The position numbers and the translations under genes are program-made. Below, one piece after another: positions 1 to 12,267 of a DNA stretch of 64,000 nt (position 1 is the stretch's first letter; every line of letters starts with the position of its first letter). The notes beneath the pieces are model-generated. The model saw only the letters and a list, made by a program, of their open reading frames with translations. It had not been told where the DNA came from and searched no databases. The DNA is taken from contig MU004181.1 of NCBI GenBank assembly GCA_010093605.1, positions 372,001 to 436,000 of the forward strand, in the 5' to 3' direction. The DNA is from Lophium mytilinum (lineage: Eukaryota).

Positions 1-421
1 GACGGCACGTTAGGAGCAGAGAAATTCGCCACAGGGATACTCGGCCCTTTTCAACCCCCTTGTGAAGGTATAGGAGCTGCGCGCATTTGCAGAATGGCTC
101 ATCCGCATCTGACCAGCACTCGCGGCCTCCGGCCCCTATAACCGCAGAGCCCCAGACATGAATGGCAGAGCCGCCCAGAGCGTATCCGTAGATCTCTTGG
201 CGGAGTTCGAGTGGCAGCTTTTGAAGAAGTGATGACAGTGACTGGTGGAGTGGCATGCCAATGCGCGGCGGTAGACGGCGAGCTGCGCGAACCGCGAGCT
301 GGGTCTCCTTCTCTTCGTCTTCTGCCTTATACCTTCTCCTCTGGCCAGGCCATTGGTATAGAAACAAGCACGGGAAGCAGAGGAAGGTGACGATCAGCTG
401 GAAGACTTTGTAAAGGCTCAT
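1..421 (-). CDS. F-box-like/DUF7730-like protein, paralog 1 (5' part; runs off window start)
   Basis: Manual translation from ATG 421: MSLYKVFQLIVTFLCFPCLF...HQSLSSLLQKLPLELRQEIYGYALGGSAIHVW...ISLLLTCR. Open to base 1, with the same two motifs (LPxELRxxIY; LLLTCR) as the neighbouring paralogs. Not in the ORF track. Confidence 0.85.
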   Translation of the reverse strand, partial: MSLYKVFQLIVTFLCFPCLFLYQWPGQRRRYKAEDEEKETQLAVRAARRLPPRIGMPLHQSLSSLLQKLPLELRQEIYGYALGGSAIHVWGSAVIGAGGRECWSDADEPFCKCAQLLYLHKGVEKGRVSLWRISLLLTCR

Positions 422-783
422 GATGATGATGTGTTGTTGATTGCACAAGCACAGAGTAAAACAGGACGCAAGCGACTTGAAGTAATGCAGTCACGGCCGT
501 AAAACACCCACCTTCACTATCATGAGAGAAGAATGTGGCGCATACATGTGGCTCTCACGTGACCTCCGCGACAGGCCAAACGCCCAGGCGCTGGGCCACA
601 TTCGACAGCTTTTAGGAGACGCTTTGTGGATTTGCGGAAGGTCCTCACGTCTCGAATCTCGTACAGAAAGTTGGCGCACCACGCAATGGGAGCCACGTGA
701 CTGAGCTTTGCCGCTTGCTGTGCCGCAATCTCGATGCCCCTCATCTTTCGTGTCTCTGCATGCCACATCTCCATTTTCAAAAT

Positions 784-1928
784 ATGTCAGACCCTTTAAT
801 TCTCCTGGCCGCAGCCAACAGTCAGAATCGCGAACCACCGAGAACCGTCGGGGGAAAACTCAAGCATGTGCTACAATGCTCGCTTGGCATTTGCGTCTGC
901 GTGCCCTACATTTGCATAACCTCCTGTTGTGATGTCTGGAATTATAAGATCAGGAAAAGGCCGGACCGGAGAGGTTGGTGTGGCACTAGCAGACTCGGGC
1001 CAGTCCGTAGGCAAAGGTCAAATGAGCAACCACCGACGCGCCGCGAAGCTCGGATCGATATCGAGTTTGCGTGTCAGGAACCCTTCAAATTCGAACCTCC
1101 TCCACCTCCATCATTGTACCGGCCTCATTCACCAAGAGAACGCAAGTTGACTATTATGAGGGCCTCAGACGTGAACGAGCATCACGACGTCAATAGCCAA
1201 AAGGGTTCGATGCTCTTCAGCAAATTGCCTCCAGAACTCCGGCTGCTCATCTACCGATATTCGCTGTGTGGGTGGGTATTCCATCTCGAGGCCTGGAATG
1301 AGGATACGTGTCCTTGTTTACGTGCAGTTCGTTGTACAGCGTCCAATGACCTCCCATCTCGGGCGCATGGATGCTGGAAATACGGATTGCCTGAGCACCC
1401 GCCGCCCATGCCACCACTTTCATTACTATTAAGCTGTAAGAGAATGTAGGTATCTGTATCTTCCTAAAGGTTGTTATGCTAAATACAGATAGCTATTCTG
1501 AAGCAGTTGATAGTCTCTACCATAACACCTTCGACTTCCGCGACCCAAAGCAGTTTTTCAAGCTCCCTTTGCTTATCCTCCCGCAACGCTTCCACGCCAT
1601 TCAATCTCTTCAATTCGACTATTGCATGGGTGATGGATTTGATGGTCAATGGGACTGGCCTTTCAATCTCTGGGACCTCGTCGCATCTATGAAAGGCCTT
1701 GAGCAGCTCAGAGTCCGATATCTGGTGGGAAAAGACCATCAGAGTTATTGGTTTCGCTTTCAGGATCATTATTTGCAGCCGCTGATCGAGGCGGAAATTG
1801 CAGCGGATGTGGAGATCATCCTGCCTTTCGCGGCGTGTGAGAGAGCTAGGATTGGGAAATCGAACTTCAGAATCACCATACCAGAGATGGATGGTTACCG
1901 GATGGTCGAAGCTGAAAGAGACGTATGA
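784..1928 (+). CDS. F-box-like/DUF7730-like protein, paralog 2 (2 exons: 784-1445, 1493-1928)
   Basis: SMLFSKLPPELRLLIYRYSL and LLLSCKRI^YSEAVDSLYHNTFDF. Intron 1446-1492 (GTAGGT...GCTAA...TAG) joins ORFs 697..1449 and 1476..1928 in frame. Confidence 0.88.
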
Positions 1929-2114
1929 AAAGAGACGGGTACGGCTAAGGAATAAAATAAATCGATATTATCGGGAACCCCGCTCGCAAAGATACATCTA
2001 ATTCAGTCGAATCGTCTCGAAAATGAAATCTCAAAATGCTCTCCCGGCCAATCCCTTCCGTCCGATGACTCCCGTCCGATATCTTCCGTCCGATCTCTTC
2101 ACTATCTGACAAAT

Positions 2115-3623
2115 TTACGGTGTTGGAGTCGGAGTACTGAGCGCCCCACGGTCTTTGAGGCTCCCGTCTGGCTGGACCACTAAATTCTGAGTCGCACGTA
2201 GCCAAACAGCTGTACTTATGTTAGATGAAATCGTCCTCAGGGTTCCAAAGGGGTGACTTGCCGGTTGCAAACAGCGTATAGGAGTCTTAAAGCGAGACCT
2301 AGACGTCAGCCGTTCTGTGCACAATTATTTCATCACAGCTTGACGACCTACCAGCATTAACATCGCAGCCTAGTTTCGAACCTTCTACTATCGGAAAGGG
2401 GTCCGTATGTAATTCACCAAGCCCTTGACAATTTTTCCATCCTGAGACCGTTAGCAACAGGTAATGGCGGTAAAGATGAGTTGTTTCTACCGTATCCGCC
2501 CCATTCGTTAACATCGATCTGCTTCCCGCCGGCTTTCGTATGCATAAACTGCGAATATCAGTATGAGGTTGAGAGAGAGCAGTGCCTTCGCTCAGTACAC
2601 TTACCTCATGGAGCATGACCTTATCGAAGAGCCCAACATTATCGATCGGGGTGTACTTTATCTTAGCGACCCATTTATCCAGCTTGATTGCGCGCGAGAC
2701 TTTTACCCACATAGCAGATTTGCCATGTCCGAGATCCCTCATTTGCCTAAATGACTTCGAGTTGTAGTAGTCCAGAAACCAGGGGCAAATGGTGACTTGG
2801 TCGTACAACGCGTGTTCTGTCGTTGTGGTAAACATGAAGGCATCCGGCTTGATGTTGGCCCCGAAATCCTGTGCACAGACCTTGTGAGGGTCTTCCTTGA
2901 GAGGTGGGGGGTTGTCTGGAGCCGCGCTATAAACGACCTGTCCAGTGTCTGTTGTGGCATTAGCAACACGTGGTTGGACTGCACATGAGGCACATACCGG
3001 AGTCGTACCATTTGCCATCGTCGCGCTTCGTGAAATGGTTGGTATCGCAGTATATCTTCTACGGCGCTGATCAGAATAGTGACGTATTATCAAAACGGGA
3101 GAACGTGACAATGATGTGGTATCACTTTGAAGTCGAACTTACCACTTCTTTTCCCTCTGCCCCGTTGGCAGCTTTCAAGTCGTCATCGTTGAAGAACTCT
3201 GTCGCCATACCGTTTATTCCATTGAAAGCCTCTACCGATGGGTCGAAAAGCATTAGCAACAGTCAAAGAGCCACACAGAGGTTCATTTCGAGACACCCTT
3301 ACTATAGAGATAGCCCGCATTCTGGTCCATTTCGAACGGATTGAATATCGCTGTCATAACATTCACGTCATCCGGATCTAACCCCTGGGCGCGTTTGTCA
3401 GAGCTTGTTTGCTCGGCTGCTTTAGCAGACATCTCGAATGCCGTATTGACCGCATCTCTGACAAACTGGAGGTCATCTTGAAAGAGTCAGTGACAAGACG
3501 CGGGATAAGATTGACGTAAGACATACTGCCTTTGCAGGAAGCGGTATCAATCATGAAAGCTTTGACCTGAGCAATTGATATCGAAACGAGGATCGCCAGC
3601 GAGCGCATTCTGGGACTCATCAT
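2115..3623 (-). CDS. Secreted zinc metallopeptidase-like protein, HEXXH+D (M35 deuterolysin/aspzincin-like), multi-exon
   Basis: Signal-peptide-like N-terminus MMSPRMRSLAILVSISIAQVKA. Splicing out 2604-2549 gives VMLHE^FMH (HEXXH), followed by IDVNEWGGYG^WKNC and NA^DSYTLFA, the downstream D..YG..C and NADSY motifs typical of M35-type peptidases. Upstream VTICPWF. Stop at 2115. Confidence 0.8.
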
Positions 3624-5054
3624 CTTTACAGCCTCGTTAGCGATAAAGGTAGAGCCGTGAGAAGAGACCTATCAATTATGAAAACACCTAATTCTTCTCT
3701 ACTAACGGGCATGCTATGGGATCTATTTATGTTCTTTATCACTATCCATCATTCGATAAGGCAACATATACCTTCTGCTCTGTACTACCGCCTTCGATGT
3801 TTACACGTTACCTTCTTCGTTCTGTAGGATCTCATTGGGAAGCAGAATGAGAGGCTGAGAACTCGAGAATCCTCAAAGGAAGCGAAGTGCTCCGCTGTTA
3901 CAGGCATAATGAACGAAACAGAGAGTGCCCCGTCTCCGAAACCCGCAGTAGCTGCTGGGATAGTCATGAAACAGTCTCATTGAATTCCAAACGCGCTTGA
4001 GGAGTCTGCGTAGCATATGATTCTCAAATCCAGTGGCGGACTATAACAGCTCATTGGCCTATGGCGCCGCACCCTTAGGCAGAAACATGTTGGAGACGTT
4101 CTCGCCTCGATTGAAGGGTCCAACGGTGCGCGCCATATGATCATACTGGCACTCAAACGTCAGTGCACGCTGATAAGGAAGGAGTAATCGCTACAAGCCC
4201 TACCCGGGGCATTGTCCAACACGACTCTGGCTGGAGGATTGCAGGAAGCACATGACCTATTATTCACCTCATCGCAAAAGAAAAGTTGACAAGTGTCCTT
4301 CATGTCGCTCGAAGCTTGGAGTCATTCGGTGAGCGCTGCTGTGCCTTACCCGTGCCACAAAGGATGAAACCGGCCAGGTTGCAAATATTCGTATGCTGTA
4401 GAGGGATTCCGACAATTGCGAATGAGGGAGCCAGAGGCGGAGCCACGTGCAGACAGATTTCTCCCTTTGGATACTTCTACAGAACTCAATCATGCTGCAT
4501 GAGTCTGATAGGCGGAGTGGAGCGGAGTGGAAGGCTGGGAAAGTAGTGTAGTTTCGGCGCTACCCTACCGGGGAGGGCCCTTTCCAGTAACACTCCCTAC
4601 ATTATCCTGCCTAGAACGTTTGTTACTTCCTCCATACTGTACAGAAGCAAAATTGGGCCGCACATGCTCTCCGCCACAAAAGCGGCATTCAGATCTCAGA
4701 TGAGGCCAGATTTCGCAACTGCGATTCTGCGGCGAGGATACCCTGATCCTCCTCTGGAACATCGCAGGCTGTGCCACAATAGCTCATCCTTAAATCCTTC
4801 ATCTCTTTCGCAGTGAAATTCCTTCTGTACAGCCTCAAGTGCGCATGCAGCTCCTTCGATTGCGTCTCTGATTAGTTGGGAAATCTTGCCAAGATGGTAC
4901 GGACTCACACCCCCGTCTAGTGCGTTAACGTGTCCTTTCGGAATGGAAATAGCCACATATTGCTCCTTTTAGAGCCCTGGGGTACATAAAGTCGTACGGC
5001 GACACATTTCCATGACCCCCTAGCGATACTCATGCAATCATCTTTTCCCGACTC

Positions 5055-7545
5055 ATGACCGCCGTTATGACCTCTTCTAGACGTCAATCGTCCTTTGTTA
5101 AGGCTCTGGTACTCCCTCTATTGTTTCGTACAGCCATCGCTGTAGCTGTATCTACGTCCTTTGTGCAACGTGCGATTGACCCTACCGCATCTGGGCAGAT
5201 CGGAGTCAATCCTGTCGTATCAGACCTGGGACCTATGCAGCAGTAGTAAGTTGTCGACATTGTACTATACGTTGCTTCTCGATATCAAACCATTGATCTT
5301 TACCAATAGTGTCGGCCTCATTGGTGCCAACACCGGAATACTGCGCGACCAAGATGGCTCCACTGTCGTAGGTACAAATCGTCATGAGATAAATCCTCTT
5401 CCTCTCACAAAATCTGTAGTGGATTGGAAAGTCGGACTTCATCACAGAAACCGTAGTCACCATCACGCTAAGCAATGTACCAACTACAAAGACGTCGAAG
5501 CTTCAACTTGTTGCTTCTACTGCTACTTCAGATGGTGAAGGTCAAAAAAAGGGAGACATTGCTCTGACCTTTGGCCCAATTTTGCGACAGAAGTTAGAAA
5601 CTCTAGCCGCAGAAGCTGTTGAAGCATGCAGACTTGTTAAAAAGATGAAACGTGACTATGGAAGCGAAGGTAAGTGCTCACATGCTTAACAGCCATCCAT
5701 ATTGCCGTTAGTTTCAGGGCTTTGGACAACGACATTATTCTAATGCAAATCTTTAGCGTTCACTCAGTGTCTCTCTCAATACGCCGCAACGAACTCTGGA
5801 AGCGGTGGCCCCTTTGCCGAAGAGCTAATAGACTTGGAAGCTTTAGACATACCAATCCCAAAGGCCATCGAACTTGAATACGACGCCCTAGTCGCAGCGC
5901 TCGCGATCGCCAAGACTCAGGCCCGCTTGCGTGGCTATTTAATACTAAAGATTGCGATTGGATCGTATGCCGCGACCAAAACGGTGAACTATGTGTGGAA
6001 CCTGCTTTCCAAGCCCGAAGGTTTAGTTACGCCGGCGGCAACACCGACAGATCCCTGTCCAGCGGGCGCACCAACTGGCTCAGAAGCTGTAAGTAAGCGA
6101 GTGCTAGTATGATTTCTAGTCACTAATTGTCTAACAGCCAGTCTGCCGAAGTGATGACTGCCAAGGGCTACCAAACGATTTGAAATGCACTACGGTATGT
6201 ACGCTCTTGATGCACAGACCTAGCTTCAATACTAGTCGCCATGAGTCTATCCATGATGGATTGCTGCGGCTCAGAGTTGACCCCATTGGGTTTCAAGCAT
6301 CTAGGTAAAATTTCGGCCTTCATGTAGCGGAATGGCATACCGATATGTTTAGACTTATGGCCTAGTACCGTCCAGCACTTTCACGGACTCTGCTGACCCA
6401 ATTAGGGAAAATGGAAGGATTGTAGCTGTCTCGCTGTCGAACAAGTACTAATAAACACTTGGTTCAATATGGACTTCTTGGACCAGCAGCAGGGTTACCT
6501 TTCGGCATTAGCAGAGTTGCCAGAGCCAACGCCTGAATGCTCACTTCTACGCGGGTCAGAAGACTGGGAGGGGAACCCGTTCTTCTTTCCCTCCGAATGG
6601 TGCGTGTGTGAAGGCGATGACTGGAAGACCTCCACATATCCAACAGTCCCGTCTGCCACTGATGATCCCTGCGCATATAACTCTCTACCGATAACCACAT
6701 TGCAGACCACGCAGATCACCCCATTCGCTACCACCTCCGTGAAGGTGACCTCCTGTAATAAATATGCGTAAGCACGTCGACCTTTCGCTTCATGTCTCAA
6801 ATCTAATCCTTTTTAGTATCGATACTCCGTCGTCCTACGTTGGTTGTACCTGCAACGACAATAAGCAATACCTCCTTGCCACCATTACCGGTGGTGGGCG
6901 TCCTCCCGTTGAAACTTGCATGGATGCAGTCAAACTCACGACAGCCCCTCCAGAGGTACTTAGCGCGGAGCCCACGGCTACACCGATGCCATACTACCAT
7001 GAAGGCCCTCCAGTTACCAAGAGCGTGGGAACGGGCGGATCCGTTACGTGTCTTACGCCGCTTAACCCTATTTGGGAGACCCGATATTGGATGAGCCGAG
7101 AAGCAGCGGTTCAAGCCATCAACTCGATTTGCGATACACTTTCGGACAAGTTCAAGTTTGGAAAAGGCGGAAACACCAATTACATCGACGGCAAGCAACA
7201 ATATATCATTATGGATGCTAAATTAATGGATGTTGGCGCGGTTTTCTACTCCATTGGTAGTTCAAAGGGAGCAAATTGCGCCTCGCTCGATTTCGGTTCC
7301 AAGGACGGTAGAGATAACTGCAAAAAGAGATTTATGAACACCGTGGACCTTTGTAAGTAAAAGTACTCTCTTTCTCTTCCGCTACGTCTCGCGCAGTCTC
7401 TAACACGTCGGTACGACTAGGTGACACGGTGAAACCAAAGAGATTTGTACGTTGGAAGCAGGGCGGCCTATTCAGTGCCGATTGTATCGATGTTCAGATG
7501 GTGAGATGCGACTTTAGGAAATCTCCAGATTGTCAGTGGAAATGA
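5055..7545 (+). CDS. Secreted Cys/Thr-rich hypothetical protein, multi-exon
   Basis: Hydrophobic N-terminus; exons bounded by GTAAGT/GTATGT...CTAAC/CTGAC...AG. Cys-rich segments DPCPAGAPTG, WCVCEG, CTCNDN; C-terminal domain SREAAVQAINSICD...DNCKKRFMNTVDLC^DTVKP...WKQGGLFSADC ending TGA 7543-7545. Internal exon boundaries only partly resolved. Confidence 0.72.
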
Positions 7546-8025
7546 GAAGGAAGGATTAGTAGTCAAAGCCGGCTTTAGGGCATAACGTTGGTAAATTAGT
7601 TGGACGGGGTGATTCACATATGATATGGTCTTCGTCTCTTGATTAGCGGTATGATATGTTAAGTCCCAATCATTTGATTGCTTCTTTCCCTCCATAAAAT
7701 AGATCAGAAATGACTTTGGCTTCACTGCAATGTTCTGAATATTTCATGGGTGCGAGACTCAGGTGGCGCGTCATGTGACAGATATGCACGTGATCGCAGC
7801 CTCATTTCCCCTTCGAAGCTTCAGATGCGACGCCTGCATTAGCTTGATTGTACTTAGTGGTTACTTAGTAGCAGGTTCTGCTAGATTTGAGATTAACAGC
7901 GCCAAGACTTCGGTCATTCTCACGTGATCATCTAACGCCGCTTGCTGTGCCGCACTCTCAAATCCCTCAAGTATTCTAGGCATCCGTTCGCAACATCTCC
8001 CACAGTACATCTGAGGTCCAAACAC

Positions 8026-9250
8026 ATGGCTCCATTCAAGTGCTTCCACCTGCCCGCAAAGGGGAGCAAGTTTCGCAAAAATGTTGAACACTTTTCAATG
8101 CTGGTAATCGCTGTTACTATTTGCTGTCCTATAACCTGCATATGCCTAGCATGGTGTCACTGGGAAGAGAAGGTCAATGGAAAACGCCCCGGATCATGCG
8201 TCCGTCGCCAGACTATAAATATGCAACCGCGCATCGAGTATTATTTTACCAACGACGCAAACGTCTTCGCCCAGTCTACTTTCGGCCTCGACCCTGAAGC
8301 GCCAGCGTTGCTTCGCCCTCGTTCACCGAGAGAGCGAAGGCTGACCATGACTTCGCATACCAACACGGACGAATTTCCAGGGGCGGCGGAGCAGACCCAA
8401 TCGATCTTCTTCAGCCGGTTGCCGATTGAGATTCGGCTGATAATCTACGAATATGTGCTCAGCGGCAATCTTATCCATATGCAAATTCATGACTATCATC
8501 GGATAGCCATCGCAGTTCCCTGCAGAATCCGTGATCGGTCGCTTTCCAGTAGCCGAAGGGTCACAGCAGATACTGATAGGGTTCCCGAGGTCATGCATCG
8601 ATGCCGCGAGATACCCAAAAAGGTCAGGAGCCCGATCAACGGTGAATGGATCTCGAATCCAGATTACAAGCTTTTGGATCTCCTGCCACTACTCCTCACT
8701 TGCAGAAAGATGTAAAGAACACTGCAGCTTATAATCATCTATCATACTATCGCTAATCTGTTCTCCTAGATATTCCGAGGCCATCGACGCCCTATATCAG
8801 AACACCTTCGACTTTTGCTATCTTCCTGATTTGTTGAAACTTCCTCGAATTCTCCTTCCCCAACGCTTCAACTCCATCCGCTCCTTGCAGTTCACGTATT
8901 GCATGAACATCGATACGAACTTGACAGGCTTTGCACGATTGTCGACCGCTGAGCATTTCGATCATTGGGATTGGCCCTTCCCTCTCTGGGAGGTCATCGC
9001 GTCCATGGACGGGCTACGTCACCTCCGAGTCGTGTTCCTAGTTGGGCCCGATCATCGACCATATTGGTTTCGTTTCCAAGATCACTACCTAGAACCACTC
9101 AAGGAGGCCGGTATTGGGGCTGCTGTGGAGCTCGTTATGCCCTTCGCGGATTGCGCAATGCCTGACATGGGAAGCTCAAACTTCCGAGTCATCATACCTG
9201 AGGAGGACGGATATTTGAAGTTCTACACAAGATCCTATCCTGTTCAGTAA
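8026..9250 (+). CDS. F-box-like/DUF7730-like protein, paralog 3 (2 exons: 8026-8711, 8770-9250)
   Basis: QSIFFSRLPIEIRLIIYEYVL; LLLTCRKI^YSEAIDALYQNTFDF. Exon 2 closely resembles paralog 2 (LPQRF..I.SLQF.YCM, WDWPF.LW, YWFRFQDHYL). Intron 8712-8769 is at the same codon position. Confidence 0.88.
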
Positions 9251-9729
9251 ATGTATCGAAACTCTCCGTAATCTCTGCCGTCCTCTCGTGTAAACCTTAG
9301 GGCTCGTCTTTCATATTCGCTATGATTATATCTTTCGAAACACCTCGCAGGAGGTGAATGCTTAGTGAACAACCATGCCGCAGTGTCTCCCTATATAGAA
9401 GCAGCTGCCTCATCCCATATAGACAATACACTTTCACATGCAGATGAAATTGAAGTCTCTCTGTTTCTTGCCATAGTCTAGGTGCCTCGCGTTGATCTCT
9501 GTTTTTTCAATCGCTATCACGTGCTGTGGCGCCCACGTGATCTCAGCCACACCACCCCTGTCGCGACCGCACCGCTAGGAATCTCTAAACCAACCTCCCC
9601 TCATCCCATCCCATCTTTCCCGCATCATTTACGAAACAAGAATTCAAAAAAAGGTATCTAGACATCAACAGAGGGATCCCTCAACCTCGTCGCCACCAGG
9701 AAAAGCTCTTGGCGTGCTCCGTAGAATTA

Positions 9730-10672
9730 ATGCCGTTCTTTTCCCGCCTCCGCGCCGCAGGCGGCGCCTTAGGATCCCCTTCACCCTTTCGTTCACGCAC
9801 AACGTTGAAAAAGGGAAAGAAGCAGATAGGACTCCAAGAAGAAGAAGAACCAATGGCCGAATGTCTTTTTCTACACATGCTGCCCCTGGAACTCCGACAA
9901 GAGATCTATCGTTTGGTCCTTGGCGATGCCAGCTTGCATATCGACTATTCTCCGTACAGAGGCTTTTCGAGTTACAAGTGTACAGCCCCCCCGGAACAGT
10001 CTTGTTTCAATGGATACGATACTTGGTGCCCTTCGCCTTGCTTTCGAAGCAGCTACGTGGTGACTCGTTGGAAACGTGCCTCTCTCCTGCTTTCATGTCG
10101 GCAGATGTGAGTTCACAATACCGCGATAACCCCAGATACTCAGTACCGACGTCACAATCAGCTGGACGATCAATGATAGCTCGGATAGTGAGTTGAAGCT
10201 GATCCCGAATCGCAGATACTCCGAGTCCGTTGATCTCCTCTACACAACCAACACATTCAACCTCCTCATCCCTGCGGGACCCGAAAACCCATTCTTCGAG
10301 TTCGCCAAATGCATCCGACCGCAAAGCCTCAACGCCATTCGGTCCCTTAGTATCTCCTGGGCGTTTATGAATGTAGTCAACGACGTTTTCGGCCTTGGCG
10401 CAATCGTCCCAAACCCGTGGAAAAGATCGAATTGGGATCGACTTTGGGAGGTTATCGCTGGCATGCATGGCCTTTGCAATCTCGTTGTTACGCTTTACGA
10501 TAGTCAGAGCAGAGTTGAATGGCCCAGGGATCTGGTGGAGAAGGATCATCTGATCCTTGGGCCTCTGAAGAGGAGGACGGCGCCGCTGGACTCGTTCAAG
10601 ATGATATTGCCGGGTGAGCTGATTAGGCAGGTGGAGGTGGGTGGGAAGATGCACGACTTACAGTCGTGGTAA
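9730..10672 (+). CDS. F-box-like/DUF7730-like protein, paralog 4 (2 exons: 9730-10106, 10216-10672)
   Basis: CLFLHMLPLELRQEIYRLVLG; LLLSCRQI^YSESVDLLYTTNTF; intron 10107-10215 (GTGAGT...GCTGAT...CAG); WDRLWEVIAGMHGL. Start codon uncertain. Confidence 0.85.
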
Positions 10673-10977
10673 TCGCCATGCGGGCGATGATGGCACTAGG
10701 ATCGCTGCTCGCATTGGGGTGTAGTAGGTATTTGATATCATGGTCTCATTGCATCAATTTCGGAGAGGTTCAATCCACTCCTGCAAAATCTCACGTATCT
10801 TTGAATTAATCACATCAGAAACCGGTAACACGGGGAAAAGAGATTGTATTTCTTAAGTACTCAGCCATGTTGCCGTAAATATCCTCCGGAAACTGTCATG
10901 CGCCGCGTAGTCTATCTTAGCATCTTAGCCAAGCGTTTTCATTTGTAGATTCCACCAACGTCTTCCGCACCACCTCC

Positions 10978-12267
10978 CTAGGACACGCTGGACTTGGGAG
11001 GATGCTCTCCTTTCAGTACCTCGCTGTACTTTGGCCCCTTCGAGGACGACCGTGCAGGTATCGCAAGTTTGGCAGGAGGGCTAGCCGCCTTGCTGGATTT
11101 TGGCAACTTTGATGACGACCGTGCAGGTATCGCAGGTTCTGGAGGAGCGCCAGCTGACTCGCGAGTCCAATGTGGCTGGTTGGTGGCCGAGAACGTGTTG
11201 ATGAAGGTCGACCTGTTGATCAGTCCTGGCTGCGCTGTTCGAACCTTATTTAGCTCGCCAATTGTTGGGATGCGATACAACGTCTTCCTTGGGGCCGGAG
11301 TCCTGTCATTGCTTGCTGCCTCAACGCTACCATTCTTCTCAGCCCCCCGTCGAAGGACGCTGCTCGGCGTTCGTTCTGGGGTCTTTGGCGGAACCTTCGG
11401 TGGTGTGCTCGGTGGTGTCGCTGGCGGAGATCCCAACGACCGGAAAACGTCCTTCGCCTTCGAGAGGCTCCGGGCGAGGTGGCCTTCTTTTGCCGGGCCT
11501 TCGTCGTCCGACCTGAATTGTTCCTGGTATCTCGGCGAATTGTAGGACTCGTCGCGCATCCAGCTCGTGTTCTCCCAGCCATCTGACCCTTCTGGTGCCG
11601 CGTACTTTCCCGGCTTGTAGATCGGATGAACCCGGCAGAAAAGACCATTCTCCTGCCGAGTCTGCTTCTCCTCGCCTTCAGGCAGGGTGAAGCTGACCTT
11701 CTTCTTCGTGGGAGAAGTGGAGGCAGCCGCTGGGTGGAGGACTTTGCCCTCCTGGTCGTATAGGCTCTCAATGGCCTTCCATAAATCCTCGACCGCCATG
11801 GCCGCAGTTTTGCATGCAGAAACGTCTACTTCTGGATGTTCTACCTCCCAGGCCCGCTCTTTTTCGACGTGATGGCCGCACGAGTTCTCGTAATTCGCGA
11901 CCCAGGCTCGTGACTTTCGGAGCAACTCCCAGCGAGCTAGCTTTGCTTCATTGGCTGCGTATGGTGGCGGAAGGCGTCGAAGCTTCTGGCAAAGTTCTGG
12001 CACAAGCCGTCTCGCCACGCAGACGGGGCAGACCTGGGTGCCTGACGGCGAAGCTGGGTGAAGGAAATGGCCACAGAGCCTGGCCTTGCGGACCACTCCC
12101 AGGATTGGGCGGGGCCGAGGAGTCAGAGGTGGGGTTGGACGAGGCGCCTGTGGGAGATTTGCATGATCGCCCTTCTCCCTCTTCGGAGATGACCAAGAGC
12201 CATATTGCCTCTGGGCATCAATGAAGGCCACTGGGTCCAACAGGGGAGCTGAAGGCCGGATGCACAT
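10978..12267 (-). CDS. Hypothetical protein with CGH..HP...CPVC Cys/His cluster and RVxF-like motif (KKVSF)
   Basis: Single long ORF (track 10978..12594); likely start MCIRPS at 12267. Motifs RLCGHFLHP...VCPVC and KKKVSF, then a Pro/Ser-rich tail with a duplicated AIPARSSSK segment. Confidence 0.75.
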   Translation of the reverse strand: MCIRPSAPLLDPVAFIDAQRQYGSWSSPKREKGDHANLPQAPRPTPPLTPRPRPILGVVRKARLCGHFLHPASPSGTQVCPVCVARRLVPELCQKLRRLPPPYAANEAKLARWELLRKSRAWVANYENSCGHHVEKERAWEVEHPEVDVSACKTAAMAVEDLWKAIESLYDQEGKVLHPAAASTSPTKKKVSFTLPEGEEKQTRQENGLFCRVHPIYKPGKYAAPEGSDGWENTSWMRDESYNSPRYQEQFRSDDEGPAKEGHLARSLSKAKDVFRSLGSPPATPPSTPPKVPPKTPERTPSSVLRRGAEKNGSVEAASNDRTPAPRKTLYRIPTIGELNKVRTAQPGLINRSTFINTFSATNQPHWTRESAGAPPEPAIPARSSSKLPKSSKAASPPAKLAIPARSSSKGPKYSEVLKGEHPPKSSVS

